Source: Octopus sinensis (taxonomy: Eukaryota). From it: a stretch of DNA of 64,000 bases. This document shows, one piece after another, positions 38,764 to 52,064 of the stretch. The notes beneath the pieces are model-generated. The model was not told the DNA's origin and ran no database searches. It saw nothing but the letters and a program-made list of their open reading frames with translations. Location of the stretch: the NCBI RefSeq assembly GCF_006345805.1, contig NC_042997.1, forward strand, positions 24,056,001-24,120,000, in the 5' to 3' direction. The translations under genes were made by a program, and so were the position numbers. Position 1 is the first letter of the stretch, and each line of letters begins with the position of its first letter.

Positions 38764-38965
38764 GATACCCCAACAATTTAATCGTTACATCCATGTCAAG
38801 ATAAATGTACTTTTTATCAGCTCTATTCTAAAAGAGTATTCTTAGAACAGCTAAATAGCGCCTAGAATGACCTTGTAGCATGTTACAATTCTCACCGGGT
38901 GTTTAAGATTGTTATTAAGAGCATAGCGACTCCCGTAAGCACAAGCAAGCGACACTGGAATGGAA

Positions 38966-39345
38966 GCACTCCGTCGGTTACGACGACGAGGGTTCCGGTT
39001 GATCCGAATCAACAGAACAGCCTGCTCGTGAAATTAACGTGTAATTGGCTGAGCACTCCACAGACACGTGTACCCTTAACGTAGTTTTCGTGGATATTCA
39101 GCGTGACACAGAGAGTGACAAGGCCGCCCCCTTGAAATACAGGTACAACAGAAACAGGAAGTAAGAGTGAGAGAAAGTTGTGGTGAAAGAGTACAGCAGG
39201 GATCACCACCATCCCCTGCCGGAGCCTCGTGGAGCTTTAGGTGTTTTCGCTCAATAAACACTTACAACGCCCGGTCTGGGAATTGAAACCGCGATCCTAC
39301 GACCGCGAGTTCGCTGCCCTAACCACTGGGCCATTGCGCCTCCAC
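38966..39345 (-). mobile_element. SINE family C, second copy
   Basis: Full-length match to 38381-38763. Confidence 0.9.
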
Positions 39346-39879
39346 CAAGCAACACTATACCACACCCAAACGAAGACAATTACCTTCGTCAAAGATCGCG
39401 AGAAATCATTTCAGCAATCAATCCTCAGACCGGCATCTTCACATCGGATTGGGCAAACTTGTTGAAGTTATTACCTCTCATCAGAACAACATTCGATCAA
39501 GTCAGGACTTATCTTCGCCTCTAGGGGAATTTAACAACTAGAATTTACAATGCTCTGAGAAGAAATTTTTTTAGATTCCAAACAGAAGAAATGCACAAAG
39601 TGATATATCGTTGTACTGATTATGGTTTGGATTATGGTTTGTAAAATGTTCATTCATATTACAATCAATTGTAGAAGTTTTGTTTACATTTTACTGTATG
39701 GAGTACATAATTTATTCAGAGATAATTCACTTATGTTTGGGTTTATACCCTCATTTAATATTATTATTGCTATTATTACTAAAACTAGTTTAGTTATAAT
39801 TGCAAAAATATCATTAATTATCCCAATCCAGTATAATTACTATAAATGGCTTCTTTAAATCATTTAAACATAAACTTAA

Positions 39880-41020
39880 CCCAATAAACTTGGTCTCGTA
39901 GCCTGTTCTTGTGTAGTGTTTATAATAGTATATTTAGAAAAGAAAATTTGGTACATTTCCTCTACACAAAAGTTATATCTATTATTGCCTATTCTGCTAA
40001 TTTACTAATAATTTCCCAAGCAATCGAAAATACTTCGTTATCTTTAAGTGCCCAAATTAGTTTACTAAGGTTCATAGTATTCATTTTGTCTCTATTTCAA
40101 AAGGAACTTAAATGATGGGCAATTCTCTACTTAATATAACATGAGTTAGCTCCTATATAGAAATAGTCTCTATTCTCTGATGTAATCTTACATCCATATA
40201 CGATATTTTATGTTTATAATCAGATCGAAGTGGACAGACCCCGTGCCTTGCACAATTCCAACTAATAGTTCTTGTACTTCCATCACTATCATCCACTTCA
40301 CCTATTCTAGATGTGATTTTTATATTCCCCTGTCTATCTTCTAAGCTATTAGTTCTCTCCACGAAGTCAAGACACTGAGTACTTTGCCCTCTAGGATTCA
40401 TATCCACTACTTCCAGGCCAACTATGGAGCTCTCACGAGTCTCTTCATCTCCATTGGTTGTCAAACCATGGTTCCTGGCCTGATACCCAGCTGTGTCACC
40501 CACGGTTTGTCCGCACATGTTGACATTGTTGCTATTTATTGATCTATAATTATATTTCTGGTTACTATTATTGCTACTACTCAAATGGAAACTTTAAATT
40601 TACTATCGTTGTGTGTAGCTATAATTTGTGCTGGATTTTTGCTATTACAGAAAGCTAAACTAATCCGATTTTTATAAAAAATTCTATAGACTTTACTGTC
40701 TATTGGAAAATGTTTATCAATGCGGAATAAAACAATTTCGGTATATTAGGAACTATTTGTTTTCCAAAAGGAATTATATACCATTCGATGTTAGTAAGGT
40801 ATGTATTTCTATTTCTACCTAGGCTTTTTGTAGAAGTGTGTAATATCTTTATTTGGTTCTTATTACAGCATTGGGGTTTTTTAAAATTATATTTGACATT
40901 ATATTTGTGAATTATTTCTATATTACTATTTATGTATTGTTTATCTACTCTATCTGAATTGAACTTCTTAGTAGGTCCATTCCTATGTAAGTTACTTTGT
41001 ACTTTATTTGGCACATATTA
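39880..41020 (-). pseudogene. Penelope-like element (PLE) ORF relic with GIY-YIG endonuclease
   Basis: Minus strand, in order: TNIEWYIIPFGKQIVPNIPKLFYSALINIF; KVYRIFYKNRISLAFCNSKNPAQIIATHN; WNCARHGVCPL; [fs]YFYIGANSCYIK*RIAHHLSSF*N; LSKLIWALKDNEVFSIAWEII; NRYNFCVEEMYQI. These follow the PLE motif order IWFNPP / KIFN..T.K.SY / CNC..CPL / YIG..F..R..H..SF / LSKYIW.LK / C.LCL.EK. Confidence 0.8.
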
Positions 41021-41129
41021 AAGTAAATTTGTACTCTTCTTTTTGTTTCTAGAAACTATTGTTATATTCTAATTGCACGGATTTCCTATCCTTAACTCTG
41101 CATACTCTCTTCTATTTGATTAGTGGAGT

Positions 41130-41345
41130 ATTCCATATTAAGCATGCTATCATGATTGTTGACGATATGGTCCATCTCGAGATTTCCATCCATCTCACCA
41201 TCAATCTGGCTGTCAACTTTTGAGATATCCACTTTGCACACAGTTTCCTGTATCCAAAGTCTACCATCAGCTTCTGTAATACATTGTGACTGCAGTCCCA
41301 GTTTCGCAACAAGTTCACTGAGAATACGGCATCTGTTCGCTGTTA
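41130..41345 (-). pseudogene. Mariner transposase N-terminal relic
   Basis: DFGYRKLCAKWISQKLT resembles the mariner LGYRK.CARWVP..LT motif. Confidence 0.65.
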
Positions 41346-41401
41346 TATGTCAATTATCACACTTGAATATTTCTTGAAACTTTCCAACACTGAACTGCTG
41401 G

Positions 41402-41569
41402 TTATTTACATTATTTACATTATTTACATTGGACGGATATTTGTCCTCATCTTGTTTGTTGTTAACACAACGTTCCGGCTGATTTGCCCACGTTCAAATG
41501 GCGTAGTGGATAAAAGTGCGGGCTACTAACCCCAAGATTCCGAGTTCGATTCCAAACAGTGACCTGACC

Positions 41570-41618
<49 letters not shown>

Positions 41619-41832
41619 TAATAATAATAATAATAATAACAACAACAACATCGAAAAATACCTTAGGAATGAGAACCCAGGTTCGAAATTTTCCCAAGAC
41701 ACCTGAAGAAGGCTGGAGGGTATATCAGCCGAAACGTTGTTAACAACAAACAAGATGAGGACAAATATTCGTCGAATGTAAATAATGTAAATAATGTACA
41801 TAATTCCTCATCTCTTAAATTTAGTACTGTAT
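41402..41832 (+). mobile_element. Composite: inverted partial H1 + tRNA-like head + (AAT)n + forward H1
   Basis: H1(-) 41402-41485; head 41499-41567; (AAT)n to ~41640; H1(+) with HHR at 41698-41740. Flanked by TGAACTGCTG(-/A)GTTAT at 41391 and 41833. Confidence 0.8.
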
Positions 41833-42144
41833 TGAACTGCTGAGTTATCTTCACAAAAAATTCTAGTGGTTAGGTATGTTCCAATCACGATCATGAAATC
41901 GTAGTTTCGGGTCTCTGACCGGCTATGCGTTATCTTCTTGGGTAAATCATTTCATTTTACGTTGCTCCAGTCAATCCACCAGCAGTAAATAGGTAACCCA
42001 GCGACGGACTGACAAGCTTTTCGATCAGTGCTTCTTCAACCAGCCAGCCAGCGGTGTGGATGTTATTCGAAAGCTAAAATGATACAAAATATAATTTCAC
42101 CAGCAATATATAACAAAGATCCGATAGTGTAATCGATCACGTTA

Positions 42145-42657
42145 TCTATATATATAAAACTGTAGTTGTGTGAGTGTCTGTCCCCTTCGATTTAGATTCC
42201 TAACTACTCCCACATTTTGCGGTGCAGTTTAACCAAATTCGGGTATCTTATAGTCGTGATTCATATCGAGCCCGTCTGGGTATTAGCGCGCGTCTACGAT
42301 GAGTCTACGATTTTAAAAATAATTTAACATCATTTTTTATTCCATTTTAATGCATAATTTTTCGTGTGTCGATAGCGGCGGAGTTGGCGTCCGTGGTCAC
42401 ACCTGCACCTGTTTGCTTCTCCCCCTTCTTCCCTCCCTCGTGAAGCTGTGGGGAAGGGAGTGTAAGGAAATCAACGTCGTAAAGCGTTGTCAAGGAGACC
42501 AGCGTTCTTTTAGAACAACGACTTCATGGCTTGAAGACATCAAAACAGAAATGGCTAAGAAAGCCCGAATTAGCATCTATAAGGGAAGTAACTCTCTAAA
42601 AATGCTTATATAGTTATTTCCCTTACAAACTCGAGCAACGCCGGGCGATACTGCTAG
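42145..42657 (+). mobile_element. Non-autonomous Helitron, copy 3, with ~220-bp extra internal segment
   Basis: A|TCTATATATATAAAAC...CTCGAGC-AAC-GCCGGG-CGATACTG-CTAG|T. Sequence at ~42360-42580 is absent from copies 1 and 2. Confidence 0.9.
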
Positions 42658-43054
42658 TATATATACGGGTTGTTGGAAACTCTGATTCTGCTTCGGAAAT
42701 ATGTTTCTGAGGAATACTCATACACTTCCCACGGTAATTCCAATATTTGGTCGTTCAGTTGATGGTTCAACTGGATGTTCATCGACGAAGTATTTCAGTT
42801 TTACACACGCACACACACCACACCACACACACACACACACACGCACACGCACACGCACACACACACACACACACGCACACGCACACAAACACACACACGC
42901 ACAAATGTACGCTTACGCTCACAGAAACACACGTATATAAATATAAGTGTAATTTTGTGTGCATATATATATATATATAAACATACATATTCATATATAT
43001 ATCTATATCTATATATATATATATATATACACACGTAACATATATATTCATACA

Positions 43055-43120
<66 letters not shown>

Positions 43121-43148
43121 CACACACAGACACACACATATATATGTG

Positions 43149-43207
<59 letters not shown>

Positions 43208-43370
43208 CGGGTAGATGTAGAGAGACAGATATAGAAACAGAGAGAAGTGGAGAGAGAGACATGTTATACATATGCTTGCCACCCACAGTTCAGAGTAAAT
43301 AAACTCCGAATAACGCCCGAATCAGTTCTAACAAGATACACCCGTTGACATACACTTCCGCTATTTCTCT

Positions 43371-43401
<31 letters not shown>

Positions 43402-43980
43402 CTCCCTCTCTCTCTCCCTCTCCAACACCTTATCTCTCTATCTCACTCCGTCTCTCTCAGTCCCCCCCTCTCTCTCTCTCTCTCTGTTACTCTCTCTCCC
43501 ACCACCACCACCAACATTTTGTCGCTATCTTCCGCGAAATCCTTCCTTCATTCCTTCACGTGTCTTACTATTCCCCTTCTCTTCGTTACTACGAAATCTT
43601 GATGAACATGATCCGTCAACAAGATCACAGCTCACAATCGCTATCAAATGCATATACATGTCTGTGTTTGTATGCCTGTTTGTATGTGCTTGCGTTTGCG
43701 TATGTATTTACACATACACGCGCACACACACACACGGACACACGGACACACGGACACACGGACACACGCACAAACACAAACACATGCATAGGGTGGATGC
43801 GTGCATGCGTGCTTATATATTATTATACGTGCTTGAATTGAGCCGAGACATTCTTACAATTGCCTCATTGTGCCAATACATGCACATATGTAGGTATCCA
43901 TGTTTGAGTGCATGTACATATGCGTGTGTATGCATGCATAAACATACATACATACATACATTCTCTTTCTCTTTCTCTTT

Positions 43981-44392
43981 CTCTTTTACTTGTTTCAGTC
44001 ACTCGACTGCGGCCATGCTGGAGCACCGCCTTTTAGTCGAGCAAATCGACCCCGGGACTTATTCTTTGTAAGCCCAGTACTTATTCTATCGGTCTCTTGT
44101 GCCGAACCGCTAAGTGACGGGGACGTAAACACACCAGCATCGGTTGTCAAGCAATGCTAGGGGGACAAACACAGACACACAAACATACACACACACACAC
44201 ACACACTTATATACATATATACATATATACGACAGGCTTCTTTCAGTTTCCGTCTACCAAATCCACTCACAAGGCATTGGTCAGCCCGGGGCTATAGCAG
44301 AAGACACTTGCCCAAGATACCACGCAGTGGGACTGAACCCGGAACCATGTGGTTGGTTAGCAAGCTACTTACCACACAGCCACTCCCTCGCC
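43981..44392 (-). mobile_element. SINE family B, full length
   Basis: Complete reverse complement of the head-CORE-like-microsatellite-tail structure. Confidence 0.92.
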
Positions 44393-44467
44393 TATACATA
44401 CATACATACATACATACATACATACATACATACATACATACATACATACATACATACGTGTATGGGC

Positions 44468-44705
44468 CTCGGCGAGCTGGCAGAAACGTTAGCACGCCGG
44501 GCGAAATGCGTAGCCGTATTATTTCGTCTGCCGTTTCGTTCTGAGTTCAAATTTCCGCCGAGGTCAACTTTGCTTTTCATCCTTTCGGGGTCGATTAAAT
44601 AAGTACCAGTTACGCACTGGGGTCGATATAATCGACTTAATCCGTTTGTCTCTGCTTGTTTGTCCTCTCTGTGTTTATCCCCTTGTGGGTAGTAAAGAAA
44701 TAGAT
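44468..44705 (+). mobile_element. SINE family A monomer
   Basis: GGCGAGCTGGCAGAAACGTTAGCACGCCGGGCG...CTTGTGGGTAGTAAAGAAATAG. Confidence 0.92.
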
Positions 44706-45574
44706 TATATACATACAATATGCATACGTGTGAGTGTATGTATATAAACGCGTGGCCCAGCGAATGGGATATTAGGCTCATGATCGCAAATTTCTATGTT
44801 TGATTCCTGAACGAGGCAATGCGTGGCGTTCTTGAGTAAAGATCATTATTCACGTTGCATCAATCTATATAATATGTGTGTGTGTGTATGTATGTATGTA
44901 TGTATGTATGTATGTATGTATGTATGTATATATATATATATATATATATATGATTGATTGATTCTAGTTTCAGCTCACGAGCTGGGGCTATGCTGGGGCT
45001 CCGCCATATATATATATATATATATATATAGATACTTACATATATATGTGTATCCATATGCATATATGGACACATGACGTCACAGAACGTAAACAACACG
45101 AAATACGAAAACAAGGAATACCAACTTTCTTATTTTTACAAACAATGAAAGAAACAAATGGAAAACATGACAAGCAACATAAAGAATATCCCCTCGTCAG
45201 TTGCCGGTTGTTTTTCTACTCTGTATTTTGAGCAATTCACGACAAGATACACTTTCGACAAAAAAGTTGCTCCCGCAAAGCAAATTAAATAAAATTTTAG
45301 ATTTTGCGTAGGGTCAGAGGGTGACTGACGAAGAGCGTGGTACAAGCAACCTAGACCTACTTGTTTGCGAGTGACGTCCTAGCCTAAATACGTGTATAAC
45401 CATGTTTTCTTTCTGTCTTTTTAATTTACTGTTAATTTTGTGTGGCTACCTACTTGGTAGCAAAGTTGTAAACGTAAGGATCTTCTTATGTTCATCGTTG
45501 TTTCAATCCTCAGAGCTTCTTACATATTTTTATTGTCTCCAATGTCGAGCTAACGAAATTGATCCATTGGTCGC

Positions 45575-46050
45575 GGGTGCTTGACACTGCTGATATCTAT
45601 GCGGGAGGACAAAGGTTCAGGTCCTTAGGTCTTTGGTATTCCCTGTCCTGCTCTGTAGTTATGAAACTTGGACACTCTCCGGGGCCATTAGGAGCAGCCT
45701 GAACTCCTTTGCAACCAGAACAATTCGCAGGATTTTGGGTCATTGACTGGATTTCGTATCCAACAAACAACACTACTCAGGAACTGGGATGCTTCCTGTT
45801 ACTTGTATGATTAAGCTCTAAATATTTGGCCATGTTACTCGATTTTCCGTATTAGAACGTGCTTATTGTATTCTCTTCACTGTGGATCCGGCTGGGTTGC
45901 CAGCTCGTGATGGTCGACCATATGCCACATGGTCACTATAGATGTTGAAGTATCTCGTGGTGATAGGGACTGACTGGGACTCTGATTGACAGGACGCTCT
46001 GAATGCAGCAACACGCTGCAACAGCGCATGACCACACACCTGACCTAATC
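45575..46050 (+). pseudogene. RTE-clade LINE 3' relic
   Basis: YLCGRTKVQVLRSLVFPVLLCSYETWTLSGAIRSSLNSFATRTIRRILGH (P.LLYG.ETW motif); tail CACACCTGACCTAATCCT. Confidence 0.75.
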
Positions 46051-46205
46051 CTCTCCTCAATAACCCAATTGCACCTATATTTTTCTCTACGTGACTTAGT
46101 ATGTGTCCTATTAATCCAATAATAGTAGGTCCGAAGGTGAGAGTGTACCAAGGGGTTGGAGAATTGTTTACAAATTTCCAACTAACGAAACTGCTGAGGA
46201 TTATG

Positions 46206-46719
46206 TACCGTAAATCCCCGAGTATAGTCCGCCCTTGAGTATAATGCGCAGGGGATTTTAGGGGACTGTACCTCTGAAAAACCTAAACCTTGTGTATAAT
46301 ACGCACCCCGTTTCTAACGTGAGTCAAGGAGGTCTATATAACGTCCTTGGTTTGTAAAAATGTATATGCTAACGTCTTTTATTATTATTGTATATATAAC
46401 ATAATGCAAACGTGTAGCTTTTTCGTGCATTTTGTTTGCAGAAAATAAAGAAACAACAGTAATAACGTTTAATAAATGTTGCTTACTGCAAGTTATGGGT
46501 GATTCTTTTATGACTTCATTACTTTCAGGCTTAGCTTAAGGTATTTTCACGCCCCACATCACAAAATGCGTCTGAATAAACATTGCCGGACAGCAAATAG
46601 AGACTCGGACATTGCTCAGAAAATAATTTTCATTTTTAACCCCGTATATAGTACGCAATAGGGATTTTGACCTTTAAATTTTGGGTGAAAATGCGGATTA
46701 TACTCGAGGATTTACGGGA
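46206..46719. mobile_element. Tc1/mariner-pogo-type MITE
   Basis: TIRs TA-CCGTAAATCCCCGAGTATAGTCCGC / GCGGATTATACTCGAGGATTTACGG. Confidence 0.85.
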
Positions 46720-47139
46720 ATTCAAATATCCTAGTTTATATGTATCTGTAATTGCGTTAAGAAAAAAACGTGATATTTCAGTCGAAGCCTAAAATTCGTA
46801 AATTTCAAAGACACTACCTGGAGAGGTTTATTCTCTGCATAACTAGGGAACTAGAATTTCTTATAGGAATTGAACCCATCTAAATGGATCCATACAGTAA
46901 ATATTTAATAAGTATATCGAAAATGTGTATATCTGAGCAAAAGTTGCGCCGATAGATCAATAATCCTCTTCGGTACCATATATTTACAAAAAAAAAATTG
47001 ATAGTCTTTTCGAAGTTTCTGCGCTGTGTGGTTTCCTTCGGTTTAATAAACGATACAATATTTCGGTATTAATACATTTTATCACATAGCATATAAGGCT
47101 GCAACGTACACACATTTTATTTTAATAGATATTTGCTTT

Positions 47140-47325
47140 GCATTTATTTTACTTATTAGACTGTAACAATGCTGGGGCACACATTGAAGGGCTTTAATCG
47201 AAGAAGTCTACCCCTTAATTTTTTTAACCTGGTACTTATTTTATTGGGGTTTTTTGCCGAACCGCTGAAATACAGGGATGTAAAACCGTTTGTCAAACAG
47301 TAGTGTGAGACAAGCACAAAGACAC
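47140..47325 (-). mobile_element. SINE family B tail, diverged
   Basis: TTTGCCGAACCGCTGAAATACAGGGATGTAAAACC...GTCAAAC. Confidence 0.65.
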
Positions 47326-47601
47326 CCCCCCCCCACACACACACACAAATATAGTGTGTGTGTGTGGAGGGGACAGGTTACATTTTGTTTTAGTATTTAG
47401 TTTGCAAGATATGAATTCGTGTTGAAAACGAATTTATTACATCTCTGGAGAAGCATTATTTTAATAAAAGTTGTAAATCAGAACCGGTGCTTTGCGTTTA
47501 CTTGCATAATGACCACCCCACCAAGATACAACGATATCTAAAATCGTTTTCATTTCATTCCGTTTAGAATTATATACATATTTTGTTGCTTCAGTCTGAC
47601 T

Positions 47602-47776
47602 AGCACTCCGTCGGTTGCGACGGCGAGGGTTCCAGTTGATCTGATCAACGGAACAGCCTGCTCGTGAATTAACGTGCAAGTGGCTGAGTACTCAACAGAC
47701 ACGTCTACTCTTAACGTAGTTCTCGGGTACATTCAGCGTGACACAGAGTGTGACATGGCTGACTCCTTTGAAATAC
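47602..47776 (-). mobile_element. SINE family C 3' part, truncated by the gap
   Basis: GCACTCCGTCGGTTGCGACGGCGAGGGTTCCAGTTGATC...CCTTTGAAATAC. Confidence 0.88.
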
Positions 47777-47876
47777 NNNNNNNNNNNNNNNNNNNNNNNN
47801 NNNNNNNNNNNNNNNNNNNNNNNNNNNNNNNNNNNNNNNNNNNNNNNNNNNNNNNNNNNNNNNNNNNNNNNNNNNN
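47777..47876. other. Assembly gap (100 N)
   Basis: Run of exactly 100 N, typical of a placeholder gap of unknown size. Confidence 0.99.
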
Positions 47877-47902
47877 ATTCCACCTCATTTATTGTTCACT
47901 TA

Positions 47903-47991
<89 letters not shown>

Positions 47992-48091
47992 TTATATCTA
48001 TACGTCCGTAATCTCTCTATCTATCTATCTACCAATCAACACCTACCCCCCTATCTCCCTCTCGCGTCTGACCACTGTCCGAAGTCTGGAC

Positions 48092-48298
48092 GCCATGATA
48101 GATCGTTAGCTCCTACACGCATGTTTTTCTCTCCTTGATTCTCTCCTTGCTTTTTCTGTGTATCTTTCTGTCGAAGAGCGTAGGCTCGAAACGTAAAAGA
48201 CTTTTTCTATTTCTATTCCTGAGCGCTATACTAATACATTTGTTTGTTTGTACTCCACCTGCCTTCGTCTTTTGTTTATTTTCGTAAACCTTCCCGTT
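48092..48298 (+). mobile_element. Hammerhead-like repeat family H2, most complete copy
   Basis: GCCATGATAGATCGTTAGC...CTTCCCGT followed by (TA)n. Confidence 0.85.
48163..48200 (+). ncRNA. Minimal type I hammerhead-like motif with CUGUCGA (A6U) core
   Basis: TCTTT-CTGTCGA-A-GAGC-GTAG-GCTC-GAA-ACGT-A-AAAGA. Stem I TCTTT/AAAGA, stem II GAGC/GCTC, GUA triplet. Confidence 0.65.
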
Positions 48299-49933
48299 AT
48301 ATATATATATATATATATACACACACAGAGAGAAGAAAACGTAAATTTCGCCTTTTGTTATTTGTGTATTGTTCTATCATTCGTAACAGAACGATACACT
48401 GTAAGCGTAATAAAGTAATATCAGAAGTAAAACTATAAAAGAATGCTACTATAATCATAATATCATATAACTATAATCATACTTCATTGTTTAGGTATAC
48501 TGAAGATAAAAACACAACGTTTTCATACTACGTCCGGAACTTAAAAGAACACAGCCCTGCTAAAATGATCAAATCGTAGATTCTAAAACAGTACAGATAC
48601 AATATAAATGGTACAAAAAAGATGTAATTTTAGCACAGTTGGAAATATTGAATAAAATTCTGTGAGTTATATAAATATACTTACACATGCACATATATAC
48701 TTCACTTTCTAACGATATTTCGGACACTGTTTATTTTTGCTGTTTATTTTTGTTAATTTAAGTTGCTGTGCATCATATCTATCTCTTTTTTCTTTTACAT
48801 CTACATATATATCTCGACGTTTTGATTGATATAAGTACACTCACACGCACTGACACACAGAGGCACACGCACGCATATAGCTGATGTATATATGAAAGAA
48901 ATTGTTCTATACAGTGACCAGGTGCACAGATAATTTTTATTTTGCGATTTACTTTTGTTCTTAAGTATAAAATCAAATTACATAATAGTTGATTGACTAT
49001 TTCATGGGTTCAATGTGAAACTGGAAATATCTGACAAGCAAGTGTACGCAACGGTATAATCGCCATGCTAGCTACTCAGAGTGCAAGGTTCGAGTGATAT
49101 CGCAGTTCTTGTTCAGTACGTGGTCGAAGTAGATGAAGTAAATGTCGAGAATGATTATATCTGTAACGATGCTGATGGTGGAATTGATGATGATTATGAT
49201 GATGAGGATTAGGATGATGATGACGACAACGACGACGATGATTATAGAGAAGGGTATAGTGAAAACGGTTATAAGTATAATGGTGGTGATGATGATGGTG
49301 GTGATGAAGATGATGGCAGTGATGATGATGACGACGACGATGATGGTGATGAAGATGAGGTGGAGAAGGAGGTGGATGAGTAAGATTATATTTTAACTGT
49401 GTTAGTAACATTCGACTTTGTGGCAAATGAACTTAAACACACAAAGGAATATCATATTTTTTTTCTCTGCATTTTCATAACAAATGGAGAATTATATAAC
49501 AAATTATATTTATTTGCTTTTTCTTCTAATTTGAAGCTTAGAAGGTCATCAAAGATGAAATGGTAAAATGTACTTATCAGCCGTCAGAGATATTTATAGA
49601 ATACTAACCAAAAGGCAACATGTTTGTGGTATATAAGGATAGCATCCAAGGTGCTGTTTTTATTGTAGGTGTCAGCGTACAGGGTGGCCTCGTGGTCGAA
49701 TTGTCGAAATGAAACTCGCACAGCAGTAGAGAATTCGATATGTCAGCAAGTTCATTTCGTTAAGAGAGTTGTGCATACACACACATGCACACATACAGAC
49801 ACACTCATACACACAGATACATACATACGAACATATGTATTCCTGCATATATTCAAACACAAACACACACACACACACATATATATATACACGCGTATAC
49901 ATATCGATATTCATATATGGGCATATATCTATC

Positions 49934-50014
<81 letters not shown>

Positions 50015-50315
50015 GTCTATCTATCTATATTTCTGTCTCTCTCTCTCTGTCTCTCGCTCTTTCTCTCTCTGTATCTGTCTCTCACTCCCTCTCCCTCTCT
50101 ATATATGCCTGTATATGTCTGTATATGTATATATACATAAATGCATGTATATGAATATATAAACATACATGTTTATAAATGTGTGTGTATAAGTGTATGT
50201 GTACAAACATACACACAAACACAAGCACACACACACTCACACATACACACAAGCACACACACACACACACCCACACACACACACACTAACACGCCCACAC
50301 ACACACACACACACT

Positions 50316-50370
<55 letters not shown>

Positions 50371-51247
50371 GGACATAAGCAAAAGAGAAACCTGCAAAGT
50401 CATAGAGTCAGAGAGGGATACATAGACGATAGTTTTACAAATGCTAGGCCTAAAAATAAATACACACAAAACACTTTATAAATCATAATATAAATATACA
50501 TAAATGTACGAATTCCAATATACGTCTGTGTATGTACAAATGTGCCCACACTCACATATGCAGACACACATACTTACCAATTCTCACACGCTCGCCTTTC
50601 TAAACGAATTCTCAAGGAAAGAAATACACCCACAGTCAAACAAGCATAACCGCACATCCCACTCTCAAACATGTATACATAGCCGTACGCATATATATAT
50701 ATATGTGTGTGTGTGTGTGTATATAATCTCTAAAAAGGTATGCACCAGTTGTCAGGTACTTCAGCAGACTACCGCATAGGAAGTTTACGACGACACAGCG
50801 AGTTGCCAGTGTGCAACTGTCTCCAAACTGTGATTCGGTTCACTTCCATCAGCGTTCACTTTACTGGGGTTTCAACCAAGATTCTTTGCCTCATTTCTCT
50901 CTGAGCTGAATGTGCGGCGTGTATGTGTGCATGCGCACATACACATACAGACATACACACTTACACACACACTTGTCCACCGTCATATGCACTCATGCAC
51001 TAATGCAGTCATATAAGTGTATACGTGTGCCTGTGTATGCTTGTGTACGTTTGTGTTCCTATGTCTGTATATGCATAAACCTACCTACATACATATATAC
51101 ATACATGCATACATACATATATGTGTGTGTGTATATATTTATACATATGTGTGTGTGTGTATATAAGTATATATATATGTATCTATATATATATATGTAT
51201 ATGTATATATATGTATATATATGTATATATATGTATCTATCTCTATC

Positions 51248-51363
<116 letters not shown>

Positions 51364-52064
51364 TATATATACGTATAACGCATAAATATATATGTGTACA
51401 CACGCTTGAATATATATACATATACAAATATAAACATTATCCAGACGTATATATATATATGTATGTTTATGTAAAATATATATATATATATAATGTGTGT
51501 GTGTGTGTGTGTGGTGTGTGTGTGTGTTGTGTGTACGTCTGTGTGCGTATCTATATAGATATATCGATTAGATGTGTCGTAAGCATTTATTTATATTGCT
51601 ATGTGTCTCGGTTGTTGAATTACGATTTTACCAAGCAATGTATACCGAATTCTACATAACATACTCAAAACTTATATATAATAAGGTTTATCAACGTATT
51701 ATTATTGCCGACAATATTTACTATATCACAGGCTATGTTTGTGAAGCTAAATAATGATATAGCATAGTAAATATTTATTTAGTTATTAACGGGAAAAAAC
51801 TAGCTCTGGGCGGTTTTCAACTTGTTGCTTGGTAATATTACAAATTTAATTCCAAATATATGTAATTGTCCTGCTAAGTGTCGTCTTAGTTTTCTTTATT
51901 CCATTAATTGTAATCTCTCACTTTGAAAAAAAAATATAGTATTTCCCTACCGAATTGTGCATTCCCTCTAACTTTATCTTTCTTTAAAGCACAAGTAGAG
52001 AGCTATACCGCAACGACATTCTTTCCTCGTGACTCTGAAAAATAAATATCTTTTAATGAAATTA

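Noticed and set aside
39440-39490. Minus-strand CTGATGA-GAGG..CTTC downstream of the PLE relic
   Set aside because: GAAA and stem I are missing; may be decay but is unsupported.
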